Of a stretch of 64,000 nt of DNA, positions 11,551-22,284 are shown piece after piece. The first letter of the stretch is position 1; every line of letters begins with the position of its first letter. The position numbers and the translations under genes were made by a program. Origin of the DNA: Nitrospirota bacterium (GTDB lineage: Bacteria > Nitrospirota > JACRHJ01); assembly GCA_963845245.1 (NCBI GenBank), contig CAWJRJ010000017.1:227291-291290 (forward strand), given 5' to 3'. Under the pieces are notes generated by a model that made no database searches, was not told where the DNA came from, and saw only the letters and a list, made by a program, of their open reading frames with translations.

Positions 11551-12779
11551 AGTACATTGTGCTGCTGGGCGACGGTATGGCAGGTTATCCCATCGAAGAG
11601 CTAGGCGGGAAGACCACGCTTGAATATGCAAAGACGCCGAACATGGACTACATGGCGAGCACAGGGAAACTCGGGATGGCGAAGACCGTGCCTGAAAACC
11701 TGCCGCCCGGCTCGGACGTTGCCAACCTGTCGGTGCTTGGTTATGACCCGCAAAAATATTACACCGGCAGGGCCCCGCTTGAGGCCGCGTCCATCGGCGT
11801 GGAACTTGGCCCCGACGACGTCGCGTACAGGTGCAACCTGGTATCCATTAAATGCAGCGAGCCGGAATGCGGTATCAGGATGTTCTGCCGCAAATGCATA
11901 ATGGAGGATTTCTCGGCCGGGCACATCACGACGCCCGAGGCGAGCGTCCTTATAAAGGACATCGACCGCTCCATCGGTTCCGATATGGTGAAGTTCTACC
12001 CTGGCGTCAGCTACCGCCACCTTATGGTATGGAAGGGCGGGGAATACAAGGCCGACTGCACACCGCCGCACGATATCACCGGCAGGGAGCTTTCAGACCA
12101 CCTCCCAAAGGGGGTAGGCGCCGATTTCCTGCTTGAGTTGATGAAGGAATCCGCAGCCCTGCTTGAGTCGCATCAGGTAAACCGGGACAGGATAGCAAGC
12201 GGCAAGCTTCCGGCAAACAGCATCTGGCTCTGGGGCCAGGGCAAAAGGCCGGTCATGCCGACCTTCCGGGAACAATACGGGCTCTCAGGCGCGATGATAT
12301 CGGCGGTCGACCTGATGAACGGCATCGCCGCGATCTTGGGTCTGAAGGTAATACACGTTGAAGGCGCGACTGGCTATATCGATACGAACTACAAGGGCAA
12401 GGCCGAGGCGGCCCTGAAGGCGATAGAGGAAGCGGACTTTGTATATGTGCATGTGGAGGCCCCGGACGAGGCCGGCCACGGTGGAAACATGAAGCACAAA
12501 ATACAGGCGATAGAGGATTTCGACGAGAAGGTCGTAGGCACGGTGCTTGCCGCACTCAAAGGCAGGGACGACTGCCGTGTGCTTGTGATGCCGGACCACC
12601 CGACTCCTATAGCCGTTAAGAGCCACACCCGCGACGCCGTCCCGTTCATTTTGTGGGATTCCGGCAAGGCCGGTAGCGTAGCTGATAAAAAGTATGACGA
12701 GCCTTCCGCCAAAGGGACGGGTCTTTTTGTCGAGGAAGGCTGGAGGATGATGGAATACCTGTTAAAGGGAGGGTTGTGA
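11547..12779 (+). CDS. apgM: Cofactor-independent phosphoglycerate mutase family (ApgM; proposed homoserine-kinase subgroup)
   Basis: [33 protein letters not shown]. Confidence 0.88.
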   Translation: MKYIVLLGDGMAGYPIEELGGKTTLEYAKTPNMDYMASTGKLGMAKTVPENLPPGSDVANLSVLGYDPQKYYTGRAPLEAASIGVELGPDDVAYRCNLVSIKCSEPECGIRMFCRKCIMEDFSAGHITTPEASVLIKDIDRSIGSDMVKFYPGVSYRHLMVWKGGEYKADCTPPHDITGRELSDHLPKGVGADFLLELMKESAALLESHQVNRDRIASGKLPANSIWLWGQGKRPVMPTFREQYGLSGAMISAVDLMNGIAAILGLKVIHVEGATGYIDTNYKGKAEAALKAIEEADFVYVHVEAPDEAGHGGNMKHKIQAIEDFDEKVVGTVLAALKGRDDCRVLVMPDHPTPIAVKSHTRDAVPFILWDSGKAGSVADKKYDEPSAKGTGLFVEEGWRMMEYLLKGGL

Positions 12780-12780
12780 T

Positions 12781-14001
12781 TTGAGCCTGATAGTTCAGAA
12801 GTACGGCGGTACATCGGTAGGTAATGTAGACAGGATAAAGAACGTCGCAAAAAAAGTGGCGGCGTCAAAGAAGGCCGGCAACAATATCGTCGTGGTACTC
12901 TCCGCAATGAGCGGTGAGACGGATAAACTTATCGCACTTGCAAATGCCGTCTCCACAAACCCAAAAGAACGCGAGATGGACATGCTCCTGTCCACTGGCG
13001 AGAGGGTCACGATCGCACTACTTGCCATGGCGTTGAACGATATGAAGGTGGACGCGGTCTCCTTTACAGGAAGGCAGTCAGGCATAATCACCGACACCGC
13101 ACACACGCGTGCGCGGATAAAAAACATAGATGCTGGCCGCATACAGGAAGCCCTGAAGAAGGGCAAGGTTGTTGTTGTGGCCGGGTTCCAGGGCATTACC
13201 GAAGGCTCGGATGTAACCACCCTTGGCAGGGGCGGCTCCGACCTCACCGCGGTCGCGGTCGCTGCCGCGCTCAAGGCCGACTTCTGCGATATATACACGG
13301 ACGTGGACGGGGTATACACGACAGACCCCAATATTGTGCCGAACGCAAGGAAGCTCGACAAGATCTCATATGACGAGATGCTTGAGATGGCGAGCCTCGG
13401 TGCAAAGGTTCTGCAGGCGCGCTCTGTGGAGTTCGCAAAGAAATTCAACGTGCCCGTAAGGGTGCTTTCGAGTTTTCACGATGTCCCCGGGACTTTGGTT
13501 ACAAAGGAGGATAAGTCGATGGAGAAGGTGGTAGTTGCCGGAGTTGCTTATGACAAAAACCAGGCGAAGATCACGCTTTCAGGCGTGCCGGATAAACCCG
13601 GCGTGGCCGCGAAGCTTTTCAGTAAGATAGCTGATTCCAAGATCATCGTGGACATGATAATCCAGAACGTGAGCAAGGACGGCGCGACCGACATCTCATT
13701 TACCGTTCCTAAAACCGACCTCAAAAAGGCGCTCCCGCTTATCAAGAAAGCGGCAAAGTCCATCGGATGCAACGACGTGGTAGTGCACGAGGGAATATCG
13801 AAGGTATCGATAATAGGCGTCGGTATGCGTTCTCATTCGGGCGTCGCCTCAAGGATGTTCACGGCTCTTTCAAACGAGGGCATCAACATAATGATGATTA
13901 GCACGTCGGAGATAAAGGTCTCCTGTGTGATAGATCAGAAATACACGGAGCTGGCCGTAAGGGCCCTGCACGACGCTTTCGGGCTTGAAAAAACGGCCTG
14001 A
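12781..14001 (+). CDS. lysC: Aspartate kinase
   Basis: [19 protein letters not shown], two ACT domains, ISTSEIKVS. Confidence 0.96.
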   Translation: MSLIVQKYGGTSVGNVDRIKNVAKKVAASKKAGNNIVVVLSAMSGETDKLIALANAVSTNPKEREMDMLLSTGERVTIALLAMALNDMKVDAVSFTGRQSGIITDTAHTRARIKNIDAGRIQEALKKGKVVVVAGFQGITEGSDVTTLGRGGSDLTAVAVAAALKADFCDIYTDVDGVYTTDPNIVPNARKLDKISYDEMLEMASLGAKVLQARSVEFAKKFNVPVRVLSSFHDVPGTLVTKEDKSMEKVVVAGVAYDKNQAKITLSGVPDKPGVAAKLFSKIADSKIIVDMIIQNVSKDGATDISFTVPKTDLKKALPLIKKAAKSIGCNDVVVHEGISKVSIIGVGMRSHSGVASRMFTALSNEGINIMMISTSEIKVSCVIDQKYTELAVRALHDAFGLEKTA

Positions 14002-14011
14002 TGTTTGCCGG

Positions 14012-16642
14012 ATGCCGGATAAACCAGCATGGCACTCGATTAGTATAGAAGATACCGCCGGAAGACTCGGCGCAAATTTGACCTCCGGCCTGTCGGAAGC
14101 TTTGGCTTCCGACAGGCTTGAGAGGTTCGGCCGCAACGTCCTTGCCGAACCTGACCCCAAAAACCCCATCCGCATGTTTCTCAACCAGTTCAAAGACCTG
14201 ATGATCCTGCTGCTCTTTGCCGCGGCAGTGATCTCGGTCGCCGTAGGGGACGTTACCGATACGGCGGCAATACTTGTCATCATCCTTCTTAACGGCACAA
14301 TAGGCTTCTATCAGGAATGGAACGCGGAGAAGGCCGTCAGATCTCTGAAGGAGCTTGCCTCGCCTGATGCCGTTGTAATGCGTGATGGCGAGACGAAAAA
14401 GATAAAGGCGGAACTGCTCGTGCCTGGCGACATCGTGGTGCTTGAGGCGGGCCAGATAGTCCCTGCGGACATAAGGCTGTTTGAGACGGCCGGGCTAAAG
14501 GCCGTAGAATCCTCTCTGACAGGCGAATCAGTTCCTGTGGAAAAGGATTGCCGGGCAGTACTACCCGAGAACCTGCCGATGGGCGACATGGTGAACATGG
14601 CGCTTAAAAGCACAAAGCTGTCTTCGGGCCGCGGGAAGGGTGTTGTCGTCGCAACCGGTATGTATACCGCGATCGGCCGGATAGCAACCCTTGTCCATCA
14701 AAGGGAGGACGAAAAGACCCCGCTGCAGAAAAGGCTTGCGGTATTCGGCAGGCGTCTTTCAATTATTATAATTGTCGTATCGGCGGTTATATTTGTAGCC
14801 GGTCTACTGAGGGGCGAAAGTGTCCTGCTGATGCTGATGACCTCCATCAGCCTGGTGGTGGCGGCGATCCCGGAAGCCCTGCCGGCCGTGGTTACTATCT
14901 CGCTTGCGATGGGCGCGTCGCGGATGGTGAAGAAAAACGTGCTGATACGGAACCTCCCGGCCGTTGAGACGCTTGGTTCCGTGACGTATATATGCACTGA
15001 CAAGACCGGCACGCTTACACAGAACAGGATGACGGTGGCAGGCCTGTTTACTGCCGCAGGCAGGTATAATGTCAATGATAGTGACAGAAGCGGGGAGTTG
15101 GGAAAACTTATCGAGGCGATGGCGCTCAACAATGATGCGACGTTTAATAAAGCCGGCGAGGCTATAGGCGACCCAACCGAGACCGCCATGCTTTCTGCCG
15201 CGCAGATGGTCGGGGTTGACAAGACCTCCCTTGTGAAGAATTACCAGCGCGTGGGTGAACTGCCTTTTGATTCCGGCAGGAAGATGATGAGCACCATCCA
15301 TGCAATGCCCGGCGGCGGGTTTCTGATGATTACCAAGGGCGCGGCTGAGGCCGTGCTGGACATTACCGACAAGGTTGACGGCGGTGGGACGGTTGCGACA
15401 GATATTGCCGCGATGAAGAATGTCTCTTATAACGCGTCCGCCGACGGACTTAGGGTAATCGCCTTTGCGCGCAAGAGGCTGGAGTCGTTGCCGCCAGACC
15501 TGTGGGCTGAGGAGAAGGGTGGGTTCACATTCCTGGGGATGGTGGGGCTTATAGACCCGCCGAGAGAAGAGGCTGCGCGTGCGGTATCAGACTGTGCCTC
15601 GGCTGGGATACGCACCGTGATGATAACCGGGGACCACCCTGCGACGGCATCAAAGGTTGCGAAAGACCTTGGGATGGACGGCAGCTCGGGCGAGGTTATA
15701 ACTGGTACTGCGCTGGAAGCGATGCCCCCGGGAGAACTTGAATGGAGGGCGGAGAACATACGGGTATACTCGCGTGTAGCCCCGGAACAGAAGTACAACA
15801 TCGTGCAGGCACTGAAGGCGAGGGGCCATTTTGTGGCAATGACCGGGGACGGGGTAAACGATGCGCCAGCGCTCAAAAAAGCCGACATTGGCGTAGCCAT
15901 GGGCATCATGGGCACTGACGTGGCGAGGGAGGCCTCGGACATGGTGCTGCTGGATGACAACTTCGCGAGCATCGTAAACGCGGTGCGCGAGGGCAGGAGG
16001 ATATACGACAACATCAGGAAATTCATCAAATACTCCATGACCGGAAACTCCGGCGAGATGTGGACACTTTTTCTGGCTCCCTTCCTGGGGCTTCCTCTTT
16101 CTCTTATCCCTGTGCAGATACTCTGGATAAACCTCGTCACCGATGGCCTGCCAGGCCTTGCCCTGGCATTTGAACAGAGCGAGAAAGACGTCATGAAACG
16201 CCCGCCCAGGCCGCCTTCCGAGGCCATTTTGGCGGGAGGGCTCGGTTTTCAGATTGCCTGGGTCGGCCTGTTCATGGGCGGGGTGTGTATTTCTGCCCAG
16301 GCGTGGGCATACTGGGGCGGAAGGGCGAACTGGCAAAGCATCGTTTTCACCGTCCTATGCCTCTCCAAGACATTCAGCGCCCTTGCGATGCGCTCGGACA
16401 GCGAGTCTATATTTACGCTTGGGTTTCTCAGCAATAAATTTCTGCTGTTTTCGGTAGCTTTGACCTTCCTGCTTCAGATGGCTATACTCTACGTACCGGT
16501 TTTAAACACAGTATTCAGGACCGCGCCTTTGACGGCGTTCGACCTTGTTGTTGCACTTTCGCTTTCCGTGGTGGTCTTTGCAGTGATTGAGATTGAAAAG
16601 GGTATATTAAGAAGCTTTCATGATCGCTCCGGCAAGCCGTAA
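14012..16642 (+). CDS. P-type II cation-transporting ATPase (Ca2+-type)
   Basis: TGES, IPEAL, DKTGT, TGDH, TGDGVND, WINLVTDG. Confidence 0.93.
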   Translation: MPDKPAWHSISIEDTAGRLGANLTSGLSEALASDRLERFGRNVLAEPDPKNPIRMFLNQFKDLMILLLFAAAVISVAVGDVTDTAAILVIILLNGTIGFYQEWNAEKAVRSLKELASPDAVVMRDGETKKIKAELLVPGDIVVLEAGQIVPADIRLFETAGLKAVESSLTGESVPVEKDCRAVLPENLPMGDMVNMALKSTKLSSGRGKGVVVATGMYTAIGRIATLVHQREDEKTPLQKRLAVFGRRLSIIIIVVSAVIFVAGLLRGESVLLMLMTSISLVVAAIPEALPAVVTISLAMGASRMVKKNVLIRNLPAVETLGSVTYICTDKTGTLTQNRMTVAGLFTAAGRYNVNDSDRSGELGKLIEAMALNNDATFNKAGEAIGDPTETAMLSAAQMVGVDKTSLVKNYQRVGELPFDSGRKMMSTIHAMPGGGFLMITKGAAEAVLDITDKVDGGGTVATDIAAMKNVSYNASADGLRVIAFARKRLESLPPDLWAEEKGGFTFLGMVGLIDPPREEAARAVSDCASAGIRTVMITGDHPATASKVAKDLGMDGSSGEVITGTALEAMPPGELEWRAENIRVYSRVAPEQKYNIVQALKARGHFVAMTGDGVNDAPALKKADIGVAMGIMGTDVAREASDMVLLDDNFASIVNAVREGRRIYDNIRKFIKYSMTGNSGEMWTLFLAPFLGLPLSLIPVQILWINLVTDGLPGLALAFEQSEKDVMKRPPRPPSEAILAGGLGFQIAWVGLFMGGVCISAQAWAYWGGRANWQSIVFTVLCLSKTFSALAMRSDSESIFTLGFLSNKFLLFSVALTFLLQMAILYVPVLNTVFRTAPLTAFDLVVALSLSVVVFAVIEIEKGILRSFHDRSGKP

Positions 16643-16716
16643 CTGCTTGACAGAAAAGGTGCTATTGTGAGAAAATTATTGAATTTCTGAATACATAAAA
16701 GCGAGCTTTCAGGCCG

Positions 16717-17496
16717 TTGATGGATACAAATGCAACAAGGCGCATCAGGCGCGGGGGGAGCGGGCCAAAACCCGTAGGTGATACCCCTGTTCACGCACAT
16801 GGAAACAGGACTTTCCTGTTTTTTCTGGTATGTTCCCTGTTTGTTCACGCAGTCTTTCTGGGATCGTTCTGGTTACTGCAGAAGCCGGGAAAGGCACATA
16901 AGGAAATAGAGCTGATCAATGTCACCGTCACTTCGCTGCCCGGGCCTGCGGGAGGTGGGGGAGAGTCCGAGGAGATAAAACCGCCGCCAAAAGAGATAAA
17001 GAAAGAAGAAATCCCAGAAAAGGAACAGGTGAAGGTTGCATCGAAGCTTGTAGAGAAAAAGGCGACCGAGGCCAAGAAGAAGCCTGCGACCGAAGCGCCA
17101 AAAGTTGCCCATGAAGCGCCGAAGGGGCCCGGACAGGGGCCGGTGGGCGGAGGCAAGCAGACCGATACGGTTGTCGAGGGGGCTATTGCGGTTGAAGGCG
17201 GCGTTAATTCTGCAATATTGGGGGGGTATTTAAGCAAACTTCAGGCCCGGGTTGCCAGGGCTTGGAATGTGCCGAATATAAATGCAAAAGTTCTTCCCAG
17301 GGCGGTTGTTTTTTTTAGCATAGACAGATATGGCAAAATTAGTAATATAAAACTGGAAACAAGTTCGGGAAGTGTAGTTCTTGATAATTCGGCTATCAGT
17401 ACGATAAGGTCGATAAAAGACATCGGGTATTTGCCTGCGGGATATAAAGATGATGTACTTAAAATACACTATACGTTCATTCCGGAAAACAAATAG
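16717..17496 (+). CDS. tolA: TolA/TonB-family envelope protein
   Basis: TM helix with SLFVH motif, Lys/Glu/Pro-rich linker, TonB_C-like SSGSVVLDNSA; directly upstream of tolB. Confidence 0.75.
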   Translation: MMDTNATRRIRRGGSGPKPVGDTPVHAHGNRTFLFFLVCSLFVHAVFLGSFWLLQKPGKAHKEIELINVTVTSLPGPAGGGGESEEIKPPPKEIKKEEIPEKEQVKVASKLVEKKATEAKKKPATEAPKVAHEAPKGPGQGPVGGGKQTDTVVEGAIAVEGGVNSAILGGYLSKLQARVARAWNVPNINAKVLPRAVVFFSIDRYGKISNIKLETSSGSVVLDNSAISTIRSIKDIGYLPAGYKDDVLKIHYTFIPENK

Positions 17497-17510
17497 CCCG
17501 GAGAGGGTAA

Positions 17511-18809
17511 TTGATGAATAAAAAAGTATATTGGGTGTTTTCAGGCATGGTGACGGCTTTAATGTTGTTTGCCCTTGTATTTGTCGAAGCACCGGCAGCG
17601 GATACAGAAGTCCAGCTTTCGACTACCAAGGCCGCGTCCAAGATAAGCATCCTGATCCCGGATTTCATACGGGAGGGCGGTTTTAAGGATAGCGAGAAAA
17701 GAGACGTCGCAATGGCGGACATCCTTGCAGACGACCTGAACTTCTCCGGCTATTTTGATGCAAAGAGGGTCAAGGTGATAAAGGGCGACCCTTCCGCATG
17801 GGCATCGCTCGATGTGGCCAATATAGTGCAGGGGAGTTACACGACTGACGGGCGTGAGATACAGGTAACTGCAAAGGTGGTTGACGCAAGGAGCGGCGCG
17901 GTAGTGCTGGACAAAAAATATCCCAACGCGCTAAGGGTAATGAGGCAGACCGTTCACAAGATGGCGGACGATGTAATCTTCCAGGTTGCCGGTGAGAAGG
18001 GGATCTGCAGGACAAAGATCGCATTCGTCTCGGACATGACCGGCAAGACAGAGCTTTATATCAGCGACTACGACGGCCACGACGTTTACAGGATGACCAG
18101 GGACGAGGGTGTGTGCCTGCTGCCTGCATGGTCCCCAAGCGGGAACTATATAACATACACCTCCTACCGAAGGCTGAACCCGGACTTGTGGTGGGTAAGC
18201 TCATCAGGAAAGAGCAGGGGTATACTCTCTTTCTTCCCCGGCCTCAATGCGGCAGCCTCCTGGTCTCCCGACGGCGAGAGGATCGCCCTGTCCATAAGCA
18301 AGGACGGAAACGCCGAAATTTACACCGTAAGACGGGACGGCGCTGATTTCAAGAGGCTCACATTCAACCGGGGAATAGACACTTCGCCCTCCTGGTCGCC
18401 CAACGGGCGTGAGATAGTGTTCAACTCTGACAGGGCCGGCTCTCCGCAAATATATATTATGGATTCGGGTGGTGGGAACGTCAGGCGTCTTACGTATAAG
18501 GGCAAGTACAACGCCTCTCCGGCCTGGTCTCCACTGGGCGACAAGATTGCCTACGTGAGCCGTGAAGACAACCTATTTAATATCTTTACAATGGACGCGA
18601 CTGGGGATAATATTATCAGGTTGACATATAGGAATGGCAATAACGAGAACCCTTCCTGGTCGCCGGACGGGAAACATCTGATATTCTCTTCTACAAGGGC
18701 GGGTGTAAAGGCGCTTTATATCATGGACCCGGACGGGAAAAATGCAAAGAGGCTCAATATCCCGGGTAATGTTCAAACCCCCGCCTGGTCGCCGATGCCA
18801 GGTAACTGA
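17511..18809 (+). CDS. tolB: Tol-Pal beta-propeller protein TolB
   Basis: Repeated P.WSPDG motifs, TKIAFV. Confidence 0.93.
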   Translation: MMNKKVYWVFSGMVTALMLFALVFVEAPAADTEVQLSTTKAASKISILIPDFIREGGFKDSEKRDVAMADILADDLNFSGYFDAKRVKVIKGDPSAWASLDVANIVQGSYTTDGREIQVTAKVVDARSGAVVLDKKYPNALRVMRQTVHKMADDVIFQVAGEKGICRTKIAFVSDMTGKTELYISDYDGHDVYRMTRDEGVCLLPAWSPSGNYITYTSYRRLNPDLWWVSSSGKSRGILSFFPGLNAAASWSPDGERIALSISKDGNAEIYTVRRDGADFKRLTFNRGIDTSPSWSPNGREIVFNSDRAGSPQIYIMDSGGGNVRRLTYKGKYNASPAWSPLGDKIAYVSREDNLFNIFTMDATGDNIIRLTYRNGNNENPSWSPDGKHLIFSSTRAGVKALYIMDPDGKNAKRLNIPGNVQTPAWSPMPGN

Positions 18810-18937
18810 TTTTATCTTTAGAAGCATCAGTTTATGATATAATACTTTAAAAGTGCGAAAGGAGGTGCCGTCGGATTATTATCAAGAGGGTTCAACCGGC
18901 TAAAACTCAAAAACAGGTACCGAAAGGAGGAATTATC

Positions 18938-19513
18938 TTGAAAATTTTAAGATTCATAACAATCGCTCTCGCAGCAGCGGTTTTAATATCGGTCGGGGCA
19001 TACGGGTGCGCAAAGAAACAGGTCAAGACGGAAGGCGGCCAAGTTGAGGCGGTAAAGCCTTCGGAGGCTCCAGAGAAGGCACAGAAGGGCGAGGAAAAAC
19101 CATCCGAGGCAACCCGTGAGACCAAGGAGGCACCTCCCGGCCCTAAGGAACAGCCTGAGCCGGTAGAGGCGGGCAGGGCGGAAAAGGCCCTCAAAGACGC
19201 GTATTACGCATTTGACAGCTATGAACTTTCCCCAGAGGCCATGAAGACCCTCCAGCAGAATGCCGAATGGATAAAGGCCAACAAGGGTCCGGTCATCACC
19301 ATAGAAGGCCACTGCGACGAGCGTGGTACTGTCGAATACAACCTTGCCCTCGGCGAGCGCAGGGCCGAGGCCGCCAAGAACTACCTGGTCTCGCTCGGCG
19401 TCAATGCGGACAGGCTCAAGACTATCAGCTACGGCAAGAGCCTGCCTGTTGACACAGGCCATACAGAGGAAGCTTGGGCGAAAAACAGAAGGGCGCATTT
19501 CGTCGTTCATTAG
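18938..19513 (+). CDS. pal: Peptidoglycan-associated lipoprotein
   Basis: Lipobox AYGC; IEGHCDERGTVEYNLALGERRA; NRRA. Confidence 0.96.
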   Translation: MKILRFITIALAAAVLISVGAYGCAKKQVKTEGGQVEAVKPSEAPEKAQKGEEKPSEATRETKEAPPGPKEQPEPVEAGRAEKALKDAYYAFDSYELSPEAMKTLQQNAEWIKANKGPVITIEGHCDERGTVEYNLALGERRAEAAKNYLVSLGVNADRLKTISYGKSLPVDTGHTEEAWAKNRRAHFVVH

Positions 19514-19531
19514 TCTCGACAACACAAGGCT

Positions 19532-19562
19532 GGGCGGGCCACGTGCCCGCCCTGTTTATTTA
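19532..19562 (+). terminator. GC-rich hairpin after pal (terminator or mRNA stabiliser)
   Basis: gggcgggc-cacgt-gcccgccc followed by tgtttattt. Confidence 0.6.
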
Positions 19563-19564
19563 AA

Positions 19565-20426
19565 ATGAAAAAACTACGCATATCTTTTGTTGTTTATCCC
19601 CATGTTGGCGGCGGGTTGTGCAACATCCGCCGACATGCAGGGGCTGGAAAGACAGAACGCCAGTACAAACGCCGCGCTAAGAGAGGTCAAAGGCAACCTG
19701 GACGAGATAAATTTCTCGCTCCAGGCGGAGAACAAGAGGTCAAAGGAGATCCAGGCATCACTTGAGGTCGTCTCCCAGAACACAAAGGGTTTGACCGACG
19801 AGCTTTCCATTATAAAGAGAAACCAGGCCGACCTCGGCAGCAAGATGTTCTCAAGCGCCGGTGGCGGCGGGAAGAATACGGATGGCCAACTGGACGAGGT
19901 ACGCCACGAGATCACGGAGACCAACGCCAAGCTCGACGCTCTAAAGGCGATTCTGCTCCAGCGCCTGGCCGAACTTGAGCAGTCGCAGCAGCCTGCAAAA
20001 ACTGGCGAAGCAGTTGCGGCCAAGACAAACAACACCGCTGCGACAGTGCCCGCAGGCGACCCGAACCAGATGTACCAGGCAGCGTACCTGGACTACACCA
20101 AGGGCAATTTTGACCTGGCCGTTTCCGGTTTCAGGGAGTATTTGAAATCATTCCCGGATGCCGAGTTTGCCGGGAACGCGCAGTACTGGGTCGGAGAATC
20201 GCTATACAGCCTCGGCAAATATGACGAGGCCATACCAGAGTTCGACAAGGTGATAAAGGGCTACCCGGCAAGCTCAAAGGTACCCGGTGCGATGCTTAAG
20301 AAGGGGTACTGTTTCGATGCCCTCAAGAAGCCGAAGGAGGCAAAAGCGGCCTTTGGTGAGTTGATCAAGAAATACCCCGCATCCGAGGCTGCCAAGCTGG
20401 CAGAGGAACGGTTGAAGAAAAAATAG
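19565..20426 (+). CDS. cpoB: Tol-Pal protein CpoB/YbgF (coiled coil plus TPR); frameshift in the 5' A-run
   Basis: AQYWVGESLY, YPASSKVPGAMLK; position after pal. Confidence 0.9.
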
Positions 20427-20459
20427 TGGGGGCGGTTTTTTTGTTTTTGGAGGTTATGA

Positions 20460-21296
20460 ATGTACAGGCTTAAGACAGCGATGTTGATGGCGGCGTTGAC
20501 GGTCCTGCTGGTCCTTTTAGGCCAGGCTATAGGCGGGCCACGCGGTATGATGGGTTTCTTTGTCGTTGCCCTTGTGATGAACTTCATTAGTTACTGGTTC
20601 TCCGACAAGATAGTGCTTGCGATGTACAGAGCAACGCCCGTGACCGAATCGGACGCCCCGGAGCTTTACTCGATTGTCAGGAACCTGGCCCAGAAGGCCG
20701 GGATGCCGATGCCGAAGGTATACATAATACCTGACGAGTCGCCCAATGCGTTTGCCACCGGGAGGAACCCTGACCATGCGGCCGTCGCCGCTACGCAAGG
20801 CATCATGAGGATACTCAGCCGCAAGGAGCTAGAAGGCGTAATGGCCCACGAGCTCTCGCACGTCCTGCACAGGGACATACTGGTCAGCACTATAGCGTCG
20901 GTCATGGCTGCGGCTATAACGATGCTTGCCAGGTTCGCATTCTTTTTCGGAGGTAGCAGGGACGACAGGGAAGGCAGCCCGGTTGCCGCTATTGCAATGA
21001 TGATACTCGCGCCGATAGCGGCAATGCTGATACAGCTTGCAATATCGCGTTCGAGGGAGTTTATGGCGGACGAAGGCGGGGCAAGGCTTTGCGGCAACCC
21101 GATGTCCCTTGCAGATGCGCTCAGAAAGCTGGAAAGGGGTGTCGAAGCCATCCCTATGGATGCCAACCCCGCCACATCGAATATGTTTATAGTAAACCCG
21201 TTCTCCGCCAGGGGGATCAAAAAACTGTTCTCGACCCATCCGCCAATGGAAGAACGGATCGCTCGCCTTGAAGATATGGCCCGCGGAAGGGTTTGA
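20460..21296 (+). CDS. htpX: Zinc metalloprotease HtpX
   Basis: [27 protein letters not shown]. Confidence 0.95.
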   Translation: MYRLKTAMLMAALTVLLVLLGQAIGGPRGMMGFFVVALVMNFISYWFSDKIVLAMYRATPVTESDAPELYSIVRNLAQKAGMPMPKVYIIPDESPNAFATGRNPDHAAVAATQGIMRILSRKELEGVMAHELSHVLHRDILVSTIASVMAAAITMLARFAFFFGGSRDDREGSPVAAIAMMILAPIAAMLIQLAISRSREFMADEGGARLCGNPMSLADALRKLERGVEAIPMDANPATSNMFIVNPFSARGIKKLFSTHPPMEERIARLEDMARGRV

Positions 21297-22284
21297 CATT
21301 CAGGAGGTACATACTACGAAGAAAGTCTTGACACTGGGGCTTGAGGATGACTTGACGGTCCTCTATGGCGAGCTGGACAAAAACCTCAGATACATCGAAA
21401 AGGCTTCGGGCGTCGACATAAAGGCCCGCGGCAACAGGATTTCGATTGAAGGCACAGAGCTTGCGGTACTTGCAGTCGAGAAGGTTATTTCCGACCTTGC
21501 CGGACTTGTCAAGGGCGGATACGCCCTGAAACTGGAAGATGTGAAGCTTGCGATGCGGACAAGCGAGGAACAGCCGGACTCTTCGATAAAGGAATTGTTT
21601 TCCGATACCATACTTGTAGGCCACAAGAAAAAACACATAAGCCCAAAGACCGAGAACCAGAAACATTATGTCGATGCCATAAGGGATTACGACATAGTAT
21701 TTGGAATCGGCCCTGCAGGCACCGGAAAGACATACCTCGCAATGGCTATGGCGGTATCCGCCCTTATCAAAAAAGAGGTCAGCCGCATAATACTCACCAG
21801 GCCTGCCGTCGAGGCCGGCGAGAGGCTGGGTTTCCTGCCGGGAGATATATATGAGAAGGTCCACCCCTACTTACGGCCTCTGTACGACGCCCTTTACGAT
21901 ATGATGGAGCAGGAGAAGGCTGCGCATCTGGTGGAGCGCGGGACGATAGAGGTGGCCCCGCTGGCGTTCATGAGAGGGAGGACGCTGAACGATTCATTCA
22001 TAATACTTGATGAAGCGCAGAACACCACAGCGGAACAGATGAAGATGTTCCTTACAAGGATGGGGTTCGGTTCGAAGGCCGTCATTACCGGCGATATCAC
22101 GCAGGTGGACCTGCCGACTGACAAGTCGTCCGGACTTATAGAGGCGATGCACATCCTCGGTTCCGTGAGGGGGCTGAAGTTCGTCAAGTTCTCCGACAAA
22201 GACGTTGTAAGGCACAAATTGGTGCAGCAGATAGTAAAGGCATACCAGAAATACGAGGAAAGTAATGTCCAGCCTGAAAGATGA
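21268..22284 (+). CDS. phoH: PhoH-family ATPase (start uncertain)
   Basis: [22 protein letters not shown]. Confidence 0.95.
   Translation: MKIWPAEGFDIQEVHTTKKVLTLGLEDDLTVLYGELDKNLRYIEKASGVDIKARGNRISIEGTELAVLAVEKVISDLAGLVKGGYALKLEDVKLAMRTSEEQPDSSIKELFSDTILVGHKKKHISPKTENQKHYVDAIRDYDIVFGIGPAGTGKTYLAMAMAVSALIKKEVSRIILTRPAVEAGERLGFLPGDIYEKVHPYLRPLYDALYDMMEQEKAAHLVERGTIEVAPLAFMRGRTLNDSFIILDEAQNTTAEQMKMFLTRMGFGSKAVITGDITQVDLPTDKSSGLIEAMHILGSVRGLKFVKFSDKDVVRHKLVQQIVKAYQKYEESNVQPER

Noticed and set aside
18856..18937. Doubled cgaaaggagg Shine-Dalgarno and a 12-codon uORF before pal
   Set aside because: The GTG overlaps the SD itself and there is no further evidence for a translated leader or structured RNA
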